Origin: Bordetella parapertussis | GTDB lineage: Bacteria; Pseudomonadota; Gammaproteobacteria; Burkholderiales; CAIKXV01 | Length of the DNA: 36,657 nucleotides | Reading direction: 5' to 3' | NCBI GenBank assembly: GCA_945877995.1 | Contig: CAMDXD010000001.1 | Span: forward strand, 1 to 36,657 | Shown here: positions 33,708-36,657 of the stretch, piece by piece | Layout: every line of letters begins with the position of its first letter | Numbering within the stretch: position 1 is the stretch's first letter | Notes under the pieces: model-generated | What the model saw: only the letters and a program-made list of their open reading frames with translations | What the model was told of the DNA's origin: nothing | The model's database searches: none | Position numbers and translations under genes: made by a program

Positions 33708-34241
33708 TCAGACCCCGCCACCCCCACCCGCATCCCCAGCTGCCCCCTGCGCCCGCTGCACCTGCCTGTCCCCCACCTCCCACCGCAGGTCCGCCTTCGA
33801 CCCGGCGCGCCGCATCTTCACGTTGCTCGCCAGCGACCGGTAGAGCGCCCGGGTCGCCACCTCGCCGTCGGCGCACGACAGCGCGAAGCCCGCGTCAATG
33901 CCCACCTGCGCCCCGGCCGCGATCGCGTCCTGCTTCGCGCCCAGGTAGACGAACTCCCAGCCGTACACGTAGGACTGGTGGCGGATGCGCTGGAACACCT
34001 GGTCGCGGGTGTAGTCGGGGCTGGCGTTCTCCAGGCCGTCGGTGATGATCACGAAGATCACCTTGCCAGGGCGCTCGGCGGCCGGCATCGCGGCCAGGCG
34101 CGCACCGAGCTCGTCGATCGTGCGGCCGATCGCATCGAGCAGTGCCGTGGTGCCGCGCGGCACGTAGGTGTCGGTGCGCGCGGCCTCCATCGAGCCGGAG
34201 CGGTCCAGCACGACGGCGATTTCGGTGAGTGTGTTTTCCAT
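33708..34241 (-). CDS. von Willebrand factor A (vWA)-like protein, apparently internally shortened
   Basis: MIDAS start VVLDRSGSM, later GTTALLDAIG and VIFVIITDGLEN. Only about 14 residues separate DxSxS from the GTT(A) segment, too few for a full vWA fold. Confidence 0.65.
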   Translation of the reverse strand: MENTLTEIAVVLDRSGSMEAARTDTYVPRGTTALLDAIGRTIDELGARLAAMPAAERPGKVIFVIITDGLENASPDYTRDQVFQRIRHQSYVYGWEFVYLGAKQDAIAAGAQVGIDAGFALSCADGEVATRALYRSLASNVKMRRAGSKADLRWEVGDRQVQRAQGAAGDAGGGGGV

Positions 34242-34286
34242 GTGCGTTCCCCCGTGGTCGTCAGGGCGGCGGAATGCCGGCCCTCA
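34220..34286. repeat. Direct repeat copy 2 (about 67 bp)
   Basis: tttcggtgagtgtgttttccatgtgcgttcccccgtggtcgtcagggcggcggaatgccggccctca. It covers the first 7 codons, the RBS and the upstream region of the vWA gene. Confidence 0.8.
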
Positions 34287-34354
34287 CACACAGGACGCAG
34301 CGAGTCGGGGATCTGTGACAGCGGCGTGCTGACCTGACCCCACCTGGATTGTTG

Positions 34355-34369
34355 TAGGATTAAATCCTA
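34355..34369. promoter_or_regulatory. Perfect 15-bp palindrome, candidate ParD operator and promoter
   Basis: TAGGATT-A-AATCCTA lies 19 nt upstream of the parD ATG in the only AT-rich stretch of this intergenic region. Confidence 0.4.
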
Positions 34370-34387
34370 TGCCCGTCCGGAGTCATC

Positions 34388-34666
34388 ATGCGATCGACAC
34401 AGCAGTTCAGCATCACCCTGCCCAACGAGATGGCCGAGGCCGTCCGGGCGAAGGTCGCCGCAGGCGAATACGCGACCGAAAGCGAAGTGATCCGTGACGG
34501 GTTGCGTGTGCTTCTGGCGCGCGACCGCGCCGTCGAGGACTGGTTGTGCAGAGAAGTGGGCGCCGCCTATGACGCGCTCAAGGCCGAGCCTTCGCGAGCG
34601 CTCGATGCGGAGGCCGTGAAGGCCCGGCTATCTGCCGCGCACCAGAAGGCATCAGCGAAGGGGTGA
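34388..34666 (+). CDS. parD: ParD-type ribbon-helix-helix antitoxin
   Basis: 92 aa. MRSTQQFSITLPNEMAEAVRAKVAAGEYATESEVIRDGLRVLL is a typical RHH ParD N-terminus. Confidence 0.85.
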   Translation: MRSTQQFSITLPNEMAEAVRAKVAAGEYATESEVIRDGLRVLLARDRAVEDWLCREVGAAYDALKAEPSRALDAEAVKARLSAAHQKASAKG

Positions 34667-34986
34667 AGACATACCGTGTCGTCTTCGCTCCCGAGGCCGT
34701 CGATCAGCTCGAAGCGTTGTATCGCTACGTCGCCGAACACGCCTCAGCGGCTATCGCGTCACGTTTCACCGATGCGATCGTCGCCGCTTGCGAGAGCCTG
34801 GCTCTGTTTCCGCTGCGTGGCGTAGCGCGTGGGGACATCCGCCCGGGGCTCAGGCTTACTCACCACGACCGACGAACCATGATCGCCTATGCGGTCGACG
34901 AAGATGCCCGCACCGTTTCCATCGTGGGCATCTTCTATGGTGGACAGGACCACGAAGGCGCCCTCTCTGCCGAAGGCGACGACTGA
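34663..34986 (+). CDS. parE: ParE-type toxin
   Basis: GTG start in a GTGA overlap with the parD stop. 107 aa with ...LEALYRYVAEHASAAIASRFTDAI...FPLRG...VSIVGIFYGGQD. Confidence 0.85.
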   Translation: MKTYRVVFAPEAVDQLEALYRYVAEHASAAIASRFTDAIVAACESLALFPLRGVARGDIRPGLRLTHHDRRTMIAYAVDEDARTVSIVGIFYGGQDHEGALSAEGDD

Positions 34987-35027
34987 CACCGTCACGCGGG
35001 CGAATGTTCCGTCAGACCCCGCCGCCC

Positions 35028-35056
35028 TGCAGCGGGCCTGATCGGTTTCCCGGCGC
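35028..35056. repeat. 29-nt direct repeat, copy A
   Basis: tgcagcgggcctgatcggtttcccggcgc matches 35760-35788 at 28 of 29 positions. Confidence 0.7.
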
Positions 35057-35217
35057 AACGTTCAGGCCGGAGACCATGCGGTCGATCCGCTGGGCCGTCG
35101 CATTACAGGGCTCGTCAGCGCGCTTCGAGGCAACCGACTCGGAAGCGATCGACTTCCGAGCAGCTTCCGAGTCCTTCGTACCGATCCGCCGGTTGAACAA
35201 GAAGGACCTCGACATCC

Positions 35218-35415
35218 TCACCCGAAGTCGCCTCGTCGACCCGCGGCCACCACGAGTTGTTTCCGTCGGCGCCAGTATGCCGGCTTACGCCTGAATGGCG
35301 CGACTGCCACTACCACCAGCGAACGAGGTGTTTCCCGGTACACGATCGAAAACGGAAAGTCTTTGGGAAAGACTCTGCCTGTTTCACCGAGCCAGTTCGC
35401 GTCGCACCTGGGCAA
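35218..35415 (-). pseudogene. Decayed RelE/ParE-family toxin remnant
   Basis: The conserved C-terminal core FPFSIVYRETPRSLVVVAVAPFRRKPAYWRRR is present. Only about 20 residues precede it and the sole in-frame start is TTG. The GTG that overlaps the antitoxin stop opens a different frame that terminates after 25 codons. Confidence 0.45.
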
Positions 35416-35614
35416 ATGCTTCGTCCGCAGGAATCAGCTCGACAGTGCCGGCCTCGATCTCATCGATGCGCCGGCGAAGCTCTTCGTCCCACGCAGCGGC
35501 CACTTCGGCTTCCTGCGGGTCGAGACTTTCGAGCAGTTCTTCGGCAAGGCGCGCGCGCTCTTCGGGAAGGAGCACTTTGGCTATGGCGGCCAGTTCGGCG
35601 ACGCGATCGCGCAT
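35384..35614 (-). CDS. Small 'addiction module component' antitoxin
   Basis: ATG 35614. MRDRVAELAAIAKVLLPEERARLAEELLESLDPQEAEVAAAWDEELRRRIDEIEAGTVELIPADEAF matches the pattern of small antitoxins that pair with RelE/ParE toxins. Confidence 0.7.
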   Translation of the reverse strand: MRDRVAELAAIAKVLLPEERARLAEELLESLDPQEAEVAAAWDEELRRRIDEIEAGTVELIPADEAFAQVRRELAR

Positions 35615-35759
35615 GTTGCACTCATGGTTGCTCAGCAAAACGCCAGCGTATCACTACATCTTCACGTCCCGCAGCGGCGAGGAGGCATACATAGCCGCAA
35701 TTACTCCGATCATCCGCGCCGCGCCGGCCACCCCAACCTGCGCGAAATCGAGAAGGTGG

Positions 35760-35788
35760 TGCAGCGGGCCTGATCGGTTCCCCGGCGC
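35760..35788. repeat. 29-nt direct repeat, copy B
   Basis: tgcagcgggcctgatcggttccccggcgc. See copy A. Confidence 0.7.
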
Positions 35789-35860
35789 GCCATCCACTCG
35801 TCCGTCCACAGAACGTGACCATCCATAGCGCCCTAGCATGTCGTTGCCGTGCTGCGACAA

Positions 35861-35881
35861 ATGTGCTTAAATAGTGCACAT
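35861..35881. promoter_or_regulatory. Inverted repeat in the promoter region of the Xre/ParS-type antitoxin gene
   Basis: ATGTGC-ttaaatagt-GCACAT, 9 nt upstream of the predicted start, enclosing a TAAATA -10-like hexamer. Confidence 0.3.
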
Positions 35882-35889
35882 AAAAGGCA

Positions 35890-36318
35890 TTGCTATTGCG
35901 AGATTCTGTCGTGACCGATACCGCCGTTCTTGAACCGTCAGTGCCGGGCGGAACCTTCCAGCACTTCGTAGAGTTCCTGCGCGAGGCAGACACGTCCGCG
36001 CCGGTGCTGTCGCCCAAGCGCTTCAGCCAGGCCATGCACATCGACCTGCAGACGCTGGCCGAACAGGCGCACGTACATCGCAACACGATCAGCCGCGCAC
36101 CGGGGTCGCGTGGCGTCCAGGACTTCCTGCGCGAGGCCCTGCGTGTCATCAAGGCGGCGACCGACCTGAACGGGGACCTGAACAAGGCGCTGTTCTGGTA
36201 TCGCAACGAGCCGCTGACCGTGTTCGGCTACAAGACCGCTGAGCGGCTGGTCTCGGAAGGGCGGACCGATGACCTGCTGCGTTATGTGGCGTCCCTCGAG
36301 GCTGGCGCGACGGGATGA
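35890..36318 (+). CDS. Xre/MbcA/ParS-type antitoxin (DUF2384-like toxin-binding C-terminal domain)
   Basis: 142 aa. The C-terminus ALFWYRNEPLTVFGYKTAERLVSEGRTDDLLRYVASLEAG is characteristic. The start is uncertain (TTG 35890 or GTG 35911). Confidence 0.75.
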   Translation: MLLRDSVVTDTAVLEPSVPGGTFQHFVEFLREADTSAPVLSPKRFSQAMHIDLQTLAEQAHVHRNTISRAPGSRGVQDFLREALRVIKAATDLNGDLNKALFWYRNEPLTVFGYKTAERLVSEGRTDDLLRYVASLEAGATG

Positions 36319-36400
36319 TCCTGACCGAGCTGGGCCCGGTCACGGCGTACCGCATGCACACGCCACGATGGGCGACGGCGCCGACCAGTGGCGCACGTCG
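36315..36400 (+). pseudogene. RES-domain toxin, 5' remnant only (about 27 codons)
   Basis: ATGA overlap with the antitoxin stop. MILTELGPVTAYRMHTPRWATAPTSGA resembles RES/MbcT N-termini. After that the frame becomes low-complexity and runs antisense to a convergent gene. Confidence 0.5.
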
Positions 36401-36415
36401 AACTCTTCCCCATCC

Positions 36416-36657
36416 TCAAGCCCGCTCAACCCGCCAGACATCCGCACCCGCCTCCCGCACCATGCGCACACGCGCAGCATTCGGAATGCGCCCGCCGAAC
36501 AGCGCTGCCAGTTCTGCCGTCAGCCGATTGGCGGCATCGTCGTGCGGTGTTTCCGCAACCTTGTTGAGCGCGACCTTCACGAACTTGCCGTAGAGGGTGC
36601 GGTCATTGATGCGGACGACATGCCATCCCACGGGCAGCCCTTCGCGGTTGTTGCCGA
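36416..36657 (-). CDS. C-terminal part of a protein of unknown function, continuing beyond the window
   Basis: The frame is open from the window edge to the stop at 36416 (...GNNREGLPVGWHVVRINDRTLYGKFVKVALNKVAETPHDDAANRLTAELAALFGGRIPNAARVRMVREAGADVWRVERA). I recognise no family. Confidence 0.35.
   Translation of the reverse strand, partial: GNNREGLPVGWHVVRINDRTLYGKFVKVALNKVAETPHDDAANRLTAELAALFGGRIPNAARVRMVREAGADVWRVERA

Noticed and set aside
35012-35221. Small minus-strand ORFs 35012-35221 and 35654-35860, which share the peptide APGNRSGPL
   Set aside because: The shared peptide is just the translation of the 29-nt direct repeat. Neither ORF has an RBS or a recognisable domain, and one overlaps promoter/intergenic sequence. 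They are treated as non-coding repeat-containing spacers.
32100-36657. A chromosomal integron cassette array, suggested by many TA modules and short flanking repeats
   Set aside because: The genes are in mixed orientation and no intI is in the window. The repeats lack the attC architecture (no R''/L''-L'/R' dyad with a GTTRRRY core). The 80-bp repeat is clearly a duplicated gene start.

Overview
High-GC bacterial chromosome segment. The six Bug-family (tripartite tricarboxylate transporter) binding-protein genes and the codon usage point to Betaproteobacteria, probably Burkholderiales. No rRNA, tRNA, CRISPR array or transposase was seen. The window has four blocks. (1) 1-6.7 kb, minus strand: a tightly coupled acyl-CoA operon with family-III CoA-transferase, MenB/BadI-like crotonase, AMP-ligase, enoyl-CoA hydratase, SDR, acyl-CoA dehydrogenase and a Bug binding protein. 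It sits behind an exact TGGCAC-N5-TTGC sigma-54 promoter and is divergent from a PAS/AAA+/Fis sigma-54 activator gene. (2) 8.4-17.3 kb, plus strand: a second coupled operon with a tandem-fused double CoA-transferase, two more CoA-transferases, a hydratase, a Bug protein and an amidohydrolase. This block holds the main find. The two small track ORFs 14412-14750 and 14781-14999 are one gene read through an in-frame TGA. That gives a 180-aa U-G-S-C (UxxC) selenoprotein with a SECIS-like hairpin just after the UGA, translationally coupled to an unassigned 370-aa protein. (3) 17.4-30.5 kb: accessory catabolic genes. These are an ECF sigma with a ChrR-type zinc anti-sigma factor, divergent from a three-subunit cobalt-type nitrile-hydratase-family enzyme with a split beta subunit. 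There are also two paralogous proteins built from three fused RidA/YjgF domains, a heme-oxygenase-like putative di-metal protein with a Rieske protein and a VOC dioxygenase-like protein, and several Bug genes. (4) 30.7-36.6 kb: a decaying accessory patch. It holds a frameshifted nitroreductase, lipoprotein SodC, three apparently intact type II TA pairs (VapBC, HigBA, ParDE), two decayed TA pairs, a shortened vWA gene, and two sets of direct repeats marking recombination junctions. All functional calls rest on motif recognition by eye in the supplied translations. No database search was run.
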